This document shows, one piece after another, positions 39,461 to 51,175 of a DNA stretch of 64,000 nt. The stretch lies in the NCBI GenBank assembly GCA_047150005.1, contig AP038806.1:128001-192000 (forward strand), written 5' to 3'. Source of the stretch: Nitrospira sp. (GTDB taxonomy: Bacteria > Nitrospirota > Nitrospiria > Nitrospirales > Nitrospiraceae). The translations under genes and the position numbers were made by a program. The first letter of the stretch is position 1. Every line of letters starts with the position of its first letter. The notes beneath the pieces were generated by a model that worked only from the letters and a program-made list of their open reading frames with translations, searched no databases and was not told where the DNA came from.

Positions 39461-41074
39461 TCACAAGCGCCTTAGCACAGGTGCCAGCCTGTCTCTTGCC
39501 TCTGTAAGTTGTCTTCGCACAAAAGGCCAGAGAGGATAGTTGCTAATGTTTTTCGCACCAGATAGCGGAAATGCCGGCAGTTCGGAAGCAATTTCGATCT
39601 TTTCCCCCGACAGCACAGGAATGGGTTCATCCGAAAGCTGACTCTTCCATTCTGAACTGTTACGCATGCGTCTCCATGCAAGAGGCATAGATTCTGCCTG
39701 TTGCTCCAACGGCCGCTCCACCAATATCTGATTTATCCCTTCGGGAATACACACCTCAATACGTCTCGTGAACATTCTTATCCGAAGTAAATGTCCCTCC
39801 AGCCTTCGTGCATAATGCGATCTTGAAATCCCCTTCATGTCGGCCCAATGAATCGTTCCCAGGGAATTGATAAATCCCGACAAGTCTTCAAAGAGCTGGA
39901 GTCCCTCCGCAACGTCCTGGTGATGGCCTACCGGAATAATTGGATGTTCCAGTATGGCAGCTAGCAGTATGCTGTTGTGACATGTCATGGATATTCGAAA
40001 CCTGGGAAACACCACCAGCCCTTCAACTATGTCAGAGGGTTTCATGCCGAGCGTTCGGAGCCACGGAGCCTGTTGGTTATGGTGGCGCAGAGAACCTGAT
40101 GAAATGCAAGCAGCTTCGAATCCTAACTGTGCCATTTGGCTAAGAGCTCTCGCACTGCATGCTCCGTGTGGAGGCACCATCACTTTTGAGACTTCCACAC
40201 CATGACGGCGCTCAAATTCGTCGATTCGACTGAGCGCCTGCCACAAATTCTTGCTCATACTTTCGTCCGTATAAGGCCTAGCCAATTCCTGTGCTATATG
40301 GTTATTCCCATGGATCAGCAATGATAGTTGTTCGTGATGCTTCCGAAACAACGAGACTGTCGGCTGGTGCACAAACCACGCATCCAGTGGAATCGTTGCG
40401 AAGCTGATGTGGTAGCCATGCGTTTGTGCGTGCGTCGCCACTTCGGCGAAATCAACAAACCCATATGTCCGCCAGTGCAAATTTGGATCGTCAAGCATGA
40501 AACAGGCCTGTATGGGTGGTTGTTCCCAACCGTGATCTCCGGTCAAGGCGCGCAAAAAAATCAAAAGTGGCAACAAGGACAAGAATTGGTTTCCATGGAA
40601 GTATTGAAAGAGTGCCTCACCTTCGTTCAATTCCGGAATCGATGCAGCCACGTAGTGATGCTGCCGCCCTACTCTTTCCTGCATCGCCCAAATCGGGGCA
40701 CCTCCTTTTGAGGCGAGAACTTCCATATTGTCTAACAGTTGAGGCAAGGCCATCAGGTTCACAGCTTCATTCGCGTTGATCCGCCTCCCGGCTAGTGCGC
40801 TCGGAAGCATCGTGTTCCGGGAGAATGCGATGGTGGGTGATCCCCCACATGGAACTCGCTGGTTACTTCGTATAATTGCATAGCTGGGACAGTCGCAATG
40901 GGTAATGCGACGATGAGCCTCCCGGTCCGCTTCGGGGAGAAACCATGCGTCGATTCCGGCGGCGTCCTCAAATGTGCGTTCCTCAAAGCGAACGTCCAGA
41001 AGCTCGCCCAAGGCATCAAGCATTCGCCGCAGGCCTAAGGAATTCAAAGGTGCTGAAACACCTATTACTTTCAT
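39461..41074 (-). CDS. Polysaccharide deacetylase-like (NodB-fold) protein
   Basis: MLDDPN, IHGNNH, VPPHG, GHHQD. Confidence 0.65.
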   Translation of the reverse strand: MKVIGVSAPLNSLGLRRMLDALGELLDVRFEERTFEDAAGIDAWFLPEADREAHRRITHCDCPSYAIIRSNQRVPCGGSPTIAFSRNTMLPSALAGRRINANEAVNLMALPQLLDNMEVLASKGGAPIWAMQERVGRQHHYVAASIPELNEGEALFQYFHGNQFLSLLPLLIFLRALTGDHGWEQPPIQACFMLDDPNLHWRTYGFVDFAEVATHAQTHGYHISFATIPLDAWFVHQPTVSLFRKHHEQLSLLIHGNNHIAQELARPYTDESMSKNLWQALSRIDEFERRHGVEVSKVMVPPHGACSARALSQMAQLGFEAACISSGSLRHHNQQAPWLRTLGMKPSDIVEGLVVFPRFRISMTCHNSILLAAILEHPIIPVGHHQDVAEGLQLFEDLSGFINSLGTIHWADMKGISRSHYARRLEGHLLRIRMFTRRIEVCIPEGINQILVERPLEQQAESMPLAWRRMRNSSEWKSQLSDEPIPVLSGEKIEIASELPAFPLSGAKNISNYPLWPFVRRQLTEARDRLAPVLRRL

Positions 41075-41142
41075 TTTCAGACTGTAGTCTACTCTTAACT
41101 AATTGTGTAATGACTCTATTGATTCGACATAGACATATTCAG

Positions 41143-43032
41143 CTACGACAGAAAGTTATCGACAAACATTTGATGCCATAATTCAATTGCGGTCAAAAGA
41201 AACAGCTCTTTCGCATAGGAAGGCTGTTTGATATTAGCATCGAGCATTTGCTCGACCATCTTTGGGGAAAAGTATTCTCTATTTATCGAGCTTTTACTCA
41301 AGAGTACGTCACGGACAAATCCTTCGATATCCTTAGACATCCATTCGTCATAGGGTACGGGGAACCCCGTCTTCTTGCGATAGAGTATTTGATCAGGAAC
41401 CCGTCCTTCGAACGCCTTTTTCAAGATATACTTTGTGGTAAACCCCCTTAGCTTAAAGTCTGTCGGTAGCGAAGCCGCGTATTCTAAAACAGCGTGATCC
41501 AGGAGAGGCACTCTCAGCTCCACGGAATTCGCCATTGTGATTTTATCCGCTTTAACCAACAGATCATCAGGAAGCCACGTCTTGGTGTCAATGCAGAGCA
41601 TTTTGTCAAGAAGTTCCATGTCACTGATTCTCTCAAGAAGTGATTCTCTATACTGTTCCGTAGTTTCCTTTTCCAGTGCGCACCTGAAACTGTCGGTATA
41701 TAGCTCATGATTATGACGAATGAGGAATGAGAACGGAGTTGATGTCCTGCTGAAGTAATAGTCCTCAAACTTCACGTCCATCAAGCGGGCACCCTTCTCG
41801 ATCTTAGCTGAGTTCACCAACCTATTTACCTTGAGCAGAAGTGACCCCGCTTCGGAGGAAAGAGGACCAAGAGCTTTTTTAATCCTTTCCAGCCAGACCA
41901 GGTTTCTATAGTCGGGATAGCCGGCAAACGCTTCATCTCCACCCTCCCCGGAAAGAAGCACCTTTACGTGGGAGCGGGCGAGTTTGGTAACGTAATAAAG
42001 CGCCACGGCAGGAGGTTCACAGACCGGCTCTTCCATGTGCCAGACATACTGAGGCAAGAATTCCGCAAACTCTCGTGAACTAATTGTCATATCGTAATGC
42101 CTTGTACCGAACCTATCGGCGGCAATCTGCGCGTATTGTCGCTCGTCAGCGAATTTTGCGGAATCAAACCCGATGGTAAAAGTACTGATTGGCTTGTCCG
42201 TCTGCTCGACGGCAAAACTGAGAAGTGCCGTTGAATCCACGCCGCCGCTCAGCAGAAAACCTACAGGGACGTCGCTGATCATATGGTCGGCCACAGCCTT
42301 CCGCAGCAGCTCGATAAGTTCTTGCTTTACTATGGTCTCAGTTTTCTTTGTTTTCATTCCGGGAAATCTGAGATCCCAATATTCGACATCTTTCATCGCA
42401 CCGTTTCTGTATAGTAGGTAATGACCCGGCAGCAGCTTCTTGATGTTCTTGAAGAGTGTTGACTCACCAGGAATGTAGTGATACCGAAGGAGTGAATCGA
42501 TAGCTCCGAAACTGATGCTGCGACTAACTGACTGATCAATCAGGACTGCCTTAATCTCCGAAGCAAAAATAAGACTGTCATCCGTTACGCAATAATATAG
42601 AGGCTTGATGCCAACCCTGTCTCTGGCGAGAACAAGGGTCTGCCCCTGCTTGTCCCACAACGCAATGGCGAACATCCCATGCAGCTTTGCGACAAAGTCT
42701 ACGTCATACTCTTCGTAAAGATGGACAATAACTTCAGTATCGGTGTGGGTTTGAAATCTGTGGCCGGCCTGAAGTAATTCCTCCCGGAGCTGTCTGAAGT
42801 TGTAGATCTCTCCATTAAAGACCACCCACACGGTGCCGACTTCGTTACAGATCGGCTGCTTGCCAGTATCTAAATCAATGATCGAAAGGCGTCGGTGACC
42901 CAGCACAACCTGCTGCTCAACATACATCCCTTCGTCATCCGGACCTCGGTGGACAAGCATGTCCATCATCCGTTGGACAAGAGAGACATCCACCGGCCCG
43001 TCCCAACTAATCTTTCCGCAAATTCCACACAT
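41143..43032 (-). CDS. asnB: Asparagine synthase (glutamine-hydrolysing) family amidotransferase
   Basis: MCGICG, HRGPD, RRLSIID, LSGGVDS, SGEGGDE. Confidence 0.93.
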   Translation of the reverse strand: MCGICGKISWDGPVDVSLVQRMMDMLVHRGPDDEGMYVEQQVVLGHRRLSIIDLDTGKQPICNEVGTVWVVFNGEIYNFRQLREELLQAGHRFQTHTDTEVIVHLYEEYDVDFVAKLHGMFAIALWDKQGQTLVLARDRVGIKPLYYCVTDDSLIFASEIKAVLIDQSVSRSISFGAIDSLLRYHYIPGESTLFKNIKKLLPGHYLLYRNGAMKDVEYWDLRFPGMKTKKTETIVKQELIELLRKAVADHMISDVPVGFLLSGGVDSTALLSFAVEQTDKPISTFTIGFDSAKFADERQYAQIAADRFGTRHYDMTISSREFAEFLPQYVWHMEEPVCEPPAVALYYVTKLARSHVKVLLSGEGGDEAFAGYPDYRNLVWLERIKKALGPLSSEAGSLLLKVNRLVNSAKIEKGARLMDVKFEDYYFSRTSTPFSFLIRHNHELYTDSFRCALEKETTEQYRESLLERISDMELLDKMLCIDTKTWLPDDLLVKADKITMANSVELRVPLLDHAVLEYAASLPTDFKLRGFTTKYILKKAFEGRVPDQILYRKKTGFPVPYDEWMSKDIEGFVRDVLLSKSSINREYFSPKMVEQMLDANIKQPSYAKELFLLTAIELWHQMFVDNFLS

Positions 43033-43039
43033 GTGCGAG

Positions 43040-44065
43040 CTATACGTTCTGAGCTTTTCGCTTCCGCTCCGCCACACTCGCCCAGCTGGGAGGCATATTC
43101 TTCATCACCTCGATGTTTTCAAAAATGCTGCTCTCGCGAGCGCCGTGTTTTTTGACCCATTCCGCCATCGCAGAAATTCCCTTTTGAAGTCCGGTCTTCT
43201 CGCGCTTGCCAAAGACTCGTTCCGCCTTGCTATGGTCTGAGAAGGCGATCTTCACCTCGTTTCGCGGATCCAAGTGTACAGTCTGGCATGGCAGATCCAT
43301 GGCGGCGGCAACAATCCGTGCCAGCTCATTGACTGCGTGAGGTTGGTCAGCACCGACGTTGAAAATCTCATTGCGGCCTGCCGGATGGTTCACCGAGTCG
43401 GCAATAATTGGCGCTATATCGTTGATGTGCGTGAAGGCACGCTGCTGTTCCCCGTCACCGAAAATCGTCATGGGATCTCCCCTCAGTAACTGGTTCATGA
43501 AGATCCCCACGACGTTTCGATATCGGTCTCCGATATTCTGCCTCTCACCATAAACGTTATGGGGTCGGAAGATTATGTACTCTAGTCCGAACATATGCAG
43601 GCTGACCTTCAGCTCCTGCTCCACCGCTAGCTTGGCGATCCCGTATGAGTCTTCTGGCAGAGGGGCCATGTCCTCAGTCATCGGTGACTGCCCCGCCCCA
43701 TAGACTGCGATGGAAGAGGTGAAAACTAGACAATTGATATTATAATTGATGCACGCATTGATAAGGTTCACCGAACCAACAAGATTATTTTGGTAATTGA
43801 ACCGTTTAATGAAATGGCTCAATCCTTCAGCCGCATAGGCCGCCAAGTGATACACGTACTTGAAGGAGTACTTCTCAAATAATCGATTAATGAACTCATG
43901 GTCTAAGATCGATCCCTCGGCAAATACCGCACCATCGGGAACGTTGTCGACGAATCCCCCACTTAAGTCGTCTATGACGACCACCGTATGCCCCATCTTG
44001 AGCAGATGCTCGGCGACGTGAGACCCCATGAATCCGGCGCCGCCAGTAACCAGAGAGACAGGCAT
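43040..44065 (-). CDS. NAD-dependent epimerase/dehydratase
   Basis: TGGAGFMG, YGIAK, RPHNVYG. Confidence 0.92.
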   Translation of the reverse strand: MPVSLVTGGAGFMGSHVAEHLLKMGHTVVVIDDLSGGFVDNVPDGAVFAEGSILDHEFINRLFEKYSFKYVYHLAAYAAEGLSHFIKRFNYQNNLVGSVNLINACINYNINCLVFTSSIAVYGAGQSPMTEDMAPLPEDSYGIAKLAVEQELKVSLHMFGLEYIIFRPHNVYGERQNIGDRYRNVVGIFMNQLLRGDPMTIFGDGEQQRAFTHINDIAPIIADSVNHPAGRNEIFNVGADQPHAVNELARIVAAAMDLPCQTVHLDPRNEVKIAFSDHSKAERVFGKREKTGLQKGISAMAEWVKKHGARESSIFENIEVMKNMPPSWASVAERKRKAQNV

Positions 44066-44131
44066 TGCGATACCCCCCTTTCACGAGATAAGAATATTTT
44101 ATGCGGGTTCTAAGAGAGCGCCTGCAAAGCG

Positions 44132-45121
44132 TTACGTTGGCGTGGCAAGTGACTTGGCGTTGATTTCCGGCTCTTCCCCAACTTCTATAAATCGGACCGG
44201 GTCGAGGCGCCGGTTCCACTCCGCCGCGACTCGGTACATGTGCATCCGGCCCTTCAACGCATCCGTGCGTTTTACCAACTGGATCATGCCGTAACCAAGC
44301 TGCCGAACTCGCAGCCATATAAGTAAGACACGGCGGCAGCGGCGTGCTCCCTCCTGACCGTAATACTTGTAAAAGTAGCGATAGCGGTTGCGGCACTTTT
44401 CCAGTTCGAACTTGATCGGGAATCGGTTGACTGACTGCCCACCCAGATGCGTGATGCTTACTTCAGGGGTGTAAATAATCGGATAACCTGCTTGCCAGAC
44501 CCGTCGGCACAAGTCGACCTCCTCGTAATGGTAGAAGAACTGCTCGTCAAACCCGCCCAAGCGCTTGATCAAGTCACCGCGGAACATCACACAGCATCCG
44601 GACTGCCAGTCAATCAGTCGCTCAGTATCTCCTTGCCATCCGGTATAAGTGTCGGAAATGAATCTGTCCGACACGTAAGCAAGTGGTCTCAGATAGAGTG
44701 CCGCGAGCAAGTCGCGCCAAATCGTCGGGAAGGGCCGGGGGGAGCCCTGATAGGAACCGTCAGGATTCAGGACGCGGCATCCAAAGCCGCTGGCTTCTGG
44801 GTGTCGGTCGGCGAACCGGATCCATCTGTCCAACGCCCCGTCGTGTATGATTGTGTCTGGATTCAGGATGAGGATATATTCTCCTCGGCTGGCCCGAATG
44901 CCCACGTTGTTTGCCTTGCTGAACCCAAGGTTCGCACCGTTTTCGACAACAAGAACCTGCGGGTGATTCTGTCGTATGAAATCAACCGAGCCGTCGGTTG
45001 AGCTGTTGTCGGAGACGATGACTTCGAATTCAGTCGAATGCGTGCCAGCGTAAATTGAACGCAGACAATCGCGGATAACTTTCAGGTCATTCCAACACAC
45101 AATAACGATGGAAAGTTTCAT
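44132..45121 (-). CDS. Glycosyltransferase family 2
   Basis: DNSSTDGS, NLGFSKANN, LNPD, GGFDE..F..YEEVDLC. Confidence 0.92.
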   Translation of the reverse strand: MKLSIVIVCWNDLKVIRDCLRSIYAGTHSTEFEVIVSDNSSTDGSVDFIRQNHPQVLVVENGANLGFSKANNVGIRASRGEYILILNPDTIIHDGALDRWIRFADRHPEASGFGCRVLNPDGSYQGSPRPFPTIWRDLLAALYLRPLAYVSDRFISDTYTGWQGDTERLIDWQSGCCVMFRGDLIKRLGGFDEQFFYHYEEVDLCRRVWQAGYPIIYTPEVSITHLGGQSVNRFPIKFELEKCRNRYRYFYKYYGQEGARRCRRVLLIWLRVRQLGYGMIQLVKRTDALKGRMHMYRVAAEWNRRLDPVRFIEVGEEPEINAKSLATPT

Positions 45122-45306
45122 TGCGTCCTCCCATTTCATGTTAGTCAGTTAGCGTCGGCAGATTATCTTTGGCGTGTATGCCTAAGAGGAAGAGGGGTTC
45201 GATCCTATTGCCAGACACTTTCGAGCAGAAAGAGGCGGCGGAGCTGTTGTCTCCTGATACACTTAATTAAGGCAGGGTCCGCCACTCGGGGAGCTTACAT
45301 CCACTC

Positions 45307-46188
45307 CTACTTCCAGATACTGTCCTTCAACAGCAACCTGCAGATCTGCTGGTTGCGCAGATAGCGAATAAGTGCTGGGTCAGGAGCCTGTTGAACACCT
45401 TTAAGATATCCAGCGATAAAGCCGTAGAAAAGACCAAGCGCGCTGATCAGATAGGGTCTTTGAAAGGATCTCTTGAGACATTTCACTGCCATGAAAAGTG
45501 GATGGTATCCGGCGATGTAGTTCGCTCTTCCATTCTTAACCCATCCACCCCAGGTACCGTCGGCGGAACCGGTGTATTTATGGTGGATGAGCTTCAGATC
45601 CGGAAAGCTGTGGGTGGTCCATCCCAGCATGTTGGCCTTGACTTCATCCAGGGTGTCCCAGCCCGGAGCCTGAATTAATCCTCCGAGGGCATCCCAGCAG
45701 GCTTTCCTATAGATCTTTGTAGCGCCCCGGACATGGAATCGGGGGTTTTTCTCAACTATCAGCGAGCCATCAATATCGTGGTAGACGTCACCACCCCCAA
45801 TGCCGAGCATCGGTTCCACTGCGAAATACTTGAAGCACTTCTCGAAGTAATCGGTGTCGAAGGAGAGATCGCCATCGAATTTCACCAGGAAGTCCCACTC
45901 TGATGTTGCGAGTGCTCTATAGCCCTCATTAAAGGCCTCAATGACCCCACCGCCGGATTTGCGGAATCCTCTATTTTCCCTATGAATGGCCTTTATCCAT
46001 GCGCACTTCGCCACGTAACGATTAATGATCTGCCTGGTATCGTCCGTAGAACCGTCATTGACGATAATCCATTGAGTCGGAAGCGTCGTCTGGGCGACCA
46101 TGGATTGAATCGTCTTCTCGATATGAGCCATTTCATCCCGCACTGGGCTTATGACAACGTATGTGAGACTGGGCTTAGTCATTTTCAA
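45307..46188 (-). CDS. Glycosyltransferase family 2
   Basis: ISPVRDE, NDGSTD, KFDGD, GWDT.DE. Confidence 0.9.
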   Translation of the reverse strand: MKMTKPSLTYVVISPVRDEMAHIEKTIQSMVAQTTLPTQWIIVNDGSTDDTRQIINRYVAKCAWIKAIHRENRGFRKSGGGVIEAFNEGYRALATSEWDFLVKFDGDLSFDTDYFEKCFKYFAVEPMLGIGGGDVYHDIDGSLIVEKNPRFHVRGATKIYRKACWDALGGLIQAPGWDTLDEVKANMLGWTTHSFPDLKLIHHKYTGSADGTWGGWVKNGRANYIAGYHPLFMAVKCLKRSFQRPYLISALGLFYGFIAGYLKGVQQAPDPALIRYLRNQQICRLLLKDSIWK

Positions 46189-46508
46189 CTACTTTATGAA
46201 TGATTGATCGGGCTCGCTTAATCATACGCTGTGGTGTGTGAAGCCAATCGTAATCACCATTCAGTTTTGCACCGAACTAATCTTGATCATCACCAATGTT
46301 TACTGGAAGTCTCTTTATAAACATCGCGCTGTCACCTTCGCGATATCTGCCGATGATGGCTGTCACACAACGTCAGGCTGAACCGATCGCCGAAGACGTC
46401 GTCCGCTCTGGTTAAAAAAACTGTCTTATTACGGGACCAACGTCAGTCGGAGGGGACTGCGGCGGGCTGGAAGTTCTGGAAGCGGCAATACTACTGGGCG
46501 CCCTAATG

Positions 46509-48974
46509 TGACCTTCCCCCCTTTATTACACCAAAGCTGAGGAAGTTAGCTCCTGTGTCGGCTGGGCCTGGTTTTGATAGTTGGTAATGAACTCCTGGGG
46601 TGTCACATCCCCAATTGCGCTATGCGTCCGGTCTTCGTTGTATTCCCGTCGCCACGCTTCAATCACGACCTGCGCTTCCTGCAGCGTCACAAACCAATGC
46701 TCGTTGAGACATTCATCCCGAAACTTACCATTGAAGCTCTCGATAAACGCGTTCTGCACCGGCTTCCCTGGCTGAATGAAGTGCAGATGCACGCCGTGCT
46801 GCGCCGCCCAGGCATCGAGCGCCGTCCCCGCGAATTCTGGGCCGTTATCCAGGATCAGCGTCTCGGGCAGCGGGCGAGTGAGAAACACCCGATCGAGAAT
46901 CCGGCACACTCGTGCCCCACCGATCGACACCTCGACCTCAATCACCGGGACCTCTTTCGAACACGGATCGGTCATCGTCAAACATTTATACCGTCGTCCG
47001 GTCACCAATCGGTCGTGCACAAAATCCAGGGCATAACAGCGCCCCGGCTGTGTCGGCCGGGGGAGCGCGACGCGCGGCACCGCGGCGAATTTCTTCCGTC
47101 GACGCCGGCGTAACGACAGGCCTTCGTCCCCATAATAAATCCGTTCCACTTTCTTATGGTTCACACGCCAGCCCTCGCGCCGTAAGCGCACATAGATCCG
47201 GGGACAGCCGTACCGCCGCTTGGTCTCGGCAATCTCGCGGATCCGGGTCCGCAGCGCCTCATTATCCTGCTCCCCTTGAAATTGAGACCACCTCTACGAC
47301 ATGGTCCTACGACGGACCGAGGAGGTGGCGATGGCAGCAGAAGCAGCAGAACCCATTGAACGGTGGACGGCCAAGCGACGCGTGGCATTGGTCGTGAGTA
47401 TTCTGAAGGGTGAGACCTCGGTGGCCGAGGCGGCCCGGCAGCACGGCCTGACCGTGGCGGAGGTGGAGGCGTGGCGTGAGAAGTTTCTCCTCGGCGCCGA
47501 GAACGCGCTCCGGACTCGGCCCAAGGACGAGGAGGCCGTGAAGGACGAGCAGATCAAGAAGCTGAAACAGAAGATCGGGGATCTGGTCGTGGACAACGAC
47601 ATCTTACGGGAGGCCTTGAAACCCTTCCCTTTGGACCGGAAGACATCCGACGCGTGAGAGCCCGCGTGGGGGTCTCCGAGCGACGGAGTTGCCAGGTGCT
47701 CCGCGTGAACCGAGCCGGTCTGCATCGGACGAGAGCAACGGAGGGACGACGCCGAGGCCCCACGGCACCCCCGTGGCTGGAGCGGATGCGGTATTGGATT
47801 CAGCAGCATCCCACGTTTGGGTATCGCCGACTCTGGGTGATGTTGCGGTATCAGGATGGGATCCTGGTGAATCGCAAAGCCGTGTATCGCGTGCTGAAGC
47901 AGCAGGGCTGGTTCGTCCACCAACGCGTGGCGACCCCGCGCCCTCGGGTGCGAGGCTGGCGCAGTCGGGCTGGGCAGAGCAATGAACGGTGGGCGATGGA
48001 CGTGACGCATATTCCCTGTGGCCAGGACGGCTGGGCCCATCTCGCGGCCGTGATCGACTGTCACGATCGGGAAGTCATCGGCTACGAGTTCGCGTTGCGC
48101 AGTCGGGCCAAGGAGGCGGAGCGGGCCGTCGAAGCGGCGTGCCTGCAGCGGTTCGGGACGTTGCGGCCTACGGGCGCACCGGTCCTCCGCAGTGACAACG
48201 GCCTGATCTTCCAGAGTCGCCGGTTTCGACAAGCCTGTCGGGACTATCGGCTCCAACAGGAATTCATTACGCCCTATACGCCGGAACAGAACGGGATCAT
48301 CGAGCGGTTCTTCCGGAGTCTGAAGGAGGAGTGCGTCTGGCAACACACGTTCCAGACGTTTGAGGAGGCGCGACGGATCATTCGGGACTGGCTCCATTGG
48401 TACAACGAGGGACGACCGCACAGCGCCTTGGCGTATCGGAGTCCCGTCCAATTCCGCGCGCAACAGTCAACCCAGGTGGCTTGATTTCAGGGGAGCACTA
48501 CATCATCGTCGTGGCGACGACTCCGATACCGAAGCGTCTGGCGATCGAGGGCCAAGAGCCGGCACATCCGTCGTTGACTGAGCCCAAAGCGCTCGGTGCT
48601 CCACTGAGCCGCCGCTCGCTTCGCCTTGGGCCCTACCAGTTTTTTGCGTTGACCGCTTTCAGCGCCTGGATGTCCAGGGCGTGGTCTGCCACCATCTGCT
48701 TGAGCCGCCGGTTTTCGTCTTCCAGCTGGCGGAGCTTCTTCACATCACTAACTTCGAGCCCGGCATATTTCGCCCGCCACTTATAAAACGTGGCGTCCGA
48801 GATGCCGTGTTTGCGGCAGAGCTCCTGAATGCCTGTGCCCGCCTGGGCATCCTTGAGTACCGCAATGATCTGTTCCTCCGTGTGCCGCTTTCGTGTCATG
48901 GCCCCCTCCTGTGGGGCCCATCTCAGCACAGGTGCACTTCCTTGCCAATGGTCTAGTTTTCAGGGGGAAGGTCA
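46509..48974 (-). mobile_element. IS3 family element (IS407-like), orfB disrupted by nested IS3
   Basis: TGACCTTCCCC terminal IRs, AATG target duplication, orfA 48633-48899 ending AAAAAAC-TGG-TAG, orfB 3' part 46526-47262. Confidence 0.9.
47263..48502 (+). mobile_element. IS3 family element, copy 2 (nested)
   Basis: Near-identical to 22896-24138; TCAT target duplication (47259-62 / 48503-06); orfA 47301-47657, orfB 47654-48484. Confidence 0.94.
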
Positions 48975-49085
48975 AATGCATCATCGGACTTACGCCAAGC
49001 GTCTGAATCCGTCACCGGAATGATCGTGACAGTAGCTCTCCACAAAGCAGCGCAATATTCATTGCATCTTACTGTGACTCCCGGT

Positions 49086-50072
49086 TTACGAAGGAACCTT
49101 CTCCTTTTCCCTATAGAAGCTTGCAGAGGAGAGGTTAATGCGACTGTTCTCAATGTATATTCTTTTCTTGAGACTCTTCTCCAATTTTCTTCTGTATGAT
49201 CGATCATAGAAGAATTGTCTTCGATCCTCATGAAGAACCGGCAGCATCTTCCCCCAGCCTGGCTTGTGTGTTGCGCCGAGTGAGGCCTTATGAACACGAT
49301 AGCGTATGAGTGGCTCCCTAATTACTTGCCCTCGATAACCGCATTGAACCATATCAATCCAGAACACCCAATCTTCGAAATATCCATCATATCTAGTCAA
49401 AAAGCCCGATCCATTCTGTTCTTTTACTCTTTCCCACGCTTCCCTTCTAATGACACTATGCGAAGGCGACGTAGTACGTTGTCTTAAGAAGAATGGATCC
49501 AGATCCTGTGTTTCCCATATAGATTCAACATCACCGAAACATTGAACCCAACTATAGCAACTTCCCAAACTCTCATCGCTTTCAAGAAGAGTTAATGTCT
49601 TTTCCAAATATGTAGGCTCAATAAAATCATCAGGATCTAAGTAACAGATATACTTTCCAGCAGCCTGTGCTGCCCCATTATTTCGCGTCTGCGCCAGTCC
49701 CTGATTTGCCTGATGAATAACCTTTGTCTTTTCATAGCAAAGATTATGTAATACATACATTGTACTTTCATCCGTTGAACCATCATTGATCACAAGTATT
49801 TCAAACCTTTGGAACGTTTGGGCAAGTACAGACTCAATCGCACCTTTGATAAACATTCCATAGTTGTAGCAAGGGATAATCACGGACACGAGTGGCTTCT
49901 CTACAGGCCATTCTTGCTGCTGTTTAGTCTGGCATTCTATTCTATACATCTTTCTAGATAACCAGTGCGCATGACGCTCAAGATACATTCCCAGTCTCTT
50001 AAGCAAAACAACACCCCCATCTCTTCTGAGTATATGGATTGCCTCTTTCCATCGTTGTGATGCCGTCATCAC
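49086..50072 (-). CDS. Glycosyltransferase family 2
   Basis: SVIIPCYN, NDGSTD, LDPDD, EDW.FW. Confidence 0.92.
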   Translation of the reverse strand: MMTASQRWKEAIHILRRDGGVVLLKRLGMYLERHAHWLSRKMYRIECQTKQQQEWPVEKPLVSVIIPCYNYGMFIKGAIESVLAQTFQRFEILVINDGSTDESTMYVLHNLCYEKTKVIHQANQGLAQTRNNGAAQAAGKYICYLDPDDFIEPTYLEKTLTLLESDESLGSCYSWVQCFGDVESIWETQDLDPFFLRQRTTSPSHSVIRREAWERVKEQNGSGFLTRYDGYFEDWVFWIDMVQCGYRGQVIREPLIRYRVHKASLGATHKPGWGKMLPVLHEDRRQFFYDRSYRRKLEKSLKKRIYIENSRINLSSASFYREKEKVPS

Positions 50073-51175
50073 CGTTGTCCCTTCAATTCGCCGTGCCTGG
50101 AGCGCTCCGCGGCGAATTCCAATGCCTTTTCAAACAGGTCCGTGGCATCATCCCAAGTGAAGCCGGTCGCGGTGCTGTATGCTGCATCCGACATTTTCCG
50201 CCATTCCACTTCCGGCAGACGCAATACGCGTAACAGACGATCCGCGAGGGAATCTACATCCTTCACATCGACTATGTGGCCGTTTACCCCCTCCTCAATC
50301 ATATCCATCGGACCCCCAACACGTGTCGACACGACCGGACACCGGCAGGCCATCGCCTCAAGAGGCGGTAAATGAAATCCCTCCACGAGACTCCCGCATA
50401 ACCACACGTCACATTGAGCGTAGAGGTCCCTGAGCTTTTCCTGTGGTGGCTGGTGATGAAACTCTGCGAAGTGCGGAAGTCGTAGGCTAAAGTCCGGCTG
50501 CTCCGCTCCGAAGGAGACGACTCGAAGCGAAGGCATCTCCTTCGCAACTAGCCGCAGCACCTTGATACTGGTACAACATCCCTTCAGGGGGGAATTATGA
50601 TGCAATAATCCTACGGTGGGAACCGACCTTTTCCTTCTTGGAACGGCGTGGAACTGGTTCAAATCGACACCATTGGGCACGTGCGAAACTACTTTATCTC
50701 CAAACTTTGTTTCCGCAAGATCAACCAGCCACTGGGATACCGCAATCTTGTGCATCGGCATCCTCCAAGTTTCTTCCAATTCCGGATTGGTCTTACCTTC
50801 CTCCTCTTCATAACCCTGAATGAAAATTGCCTTCGCGCCTTTTGAGCGAGAAAGTCGCTCCACTCCGTAAGCGGTCCTATAATAGGTCGCCACCACAACA
50901 TCCGCATCAGGCATATCCGCATTCGTTACCGGCCTAATCTGTTCCAGCACGCGGTGCTCCACATCAATTCCATCAATATGAGAAGGCTCTCTCCTTCTTC
51001 CCGGCCACCCCCCGCCCAAAATGATCGACTTAACCTTGTGTCGCAATGTATGAGTTATCGGCGTCGAAATGAAAAGAATTTTATGACCACGTTGCTTCAA
51101 TCGTTCGGCATAGATCGCTATCACCCGCACACCTCCCTGCAAGCCTGCGAACGGAAGCACAAATGTGATTTTCAT
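50069..51175 (-). CDS. Glycosyltransferase family 4
   Basis: GGVRVI, EGFHLPPLEAMAC. Confidence 0.92.
   Translation of the reverse strand: MKITFVLPFAGLQGGVRVIAIYAERLKQRGHKILFISTPITHTLRHKVKSIILGGGWPGRRREPSHIDGIDVEHRVLEQIRPVTNADMPDADVVVATYYRTAYGVERLSRSKGAKAIFIQGYEEEEGKTNPELEETWRMPMHKIAVSQWLVDLAETKFGDKVVSHVPNGVDLNQFHAVPRRKRSVPTVGLLHHNSPLKGCCTSIKVLRLVAKEMPSLRVVSFGAEQPDFSLRLPHFAEFHHQPPQEKLRDLYAQCDVWLCGSLVEGFHLPPLEAMACRCPVVSTRVGGPMDMIEEGVNGHIVDVKDVDSLADRLLRVLRLPEVEWRKMSDAAYSTATGFTWDDATDLFEKALEFAAERSRHGELKGQR

Noticed and set aside
46360..46500. Possible integron attC site (CACAAC...)
   Set aside because: No matching GTTRRRY end or paired L boxes, and no integron integrase
22896..48502. Composite transposon carrying the EPS genes between the two IS3 copies
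   Set aside because: Each copy has its own matching target duplication, indicating independent insertions
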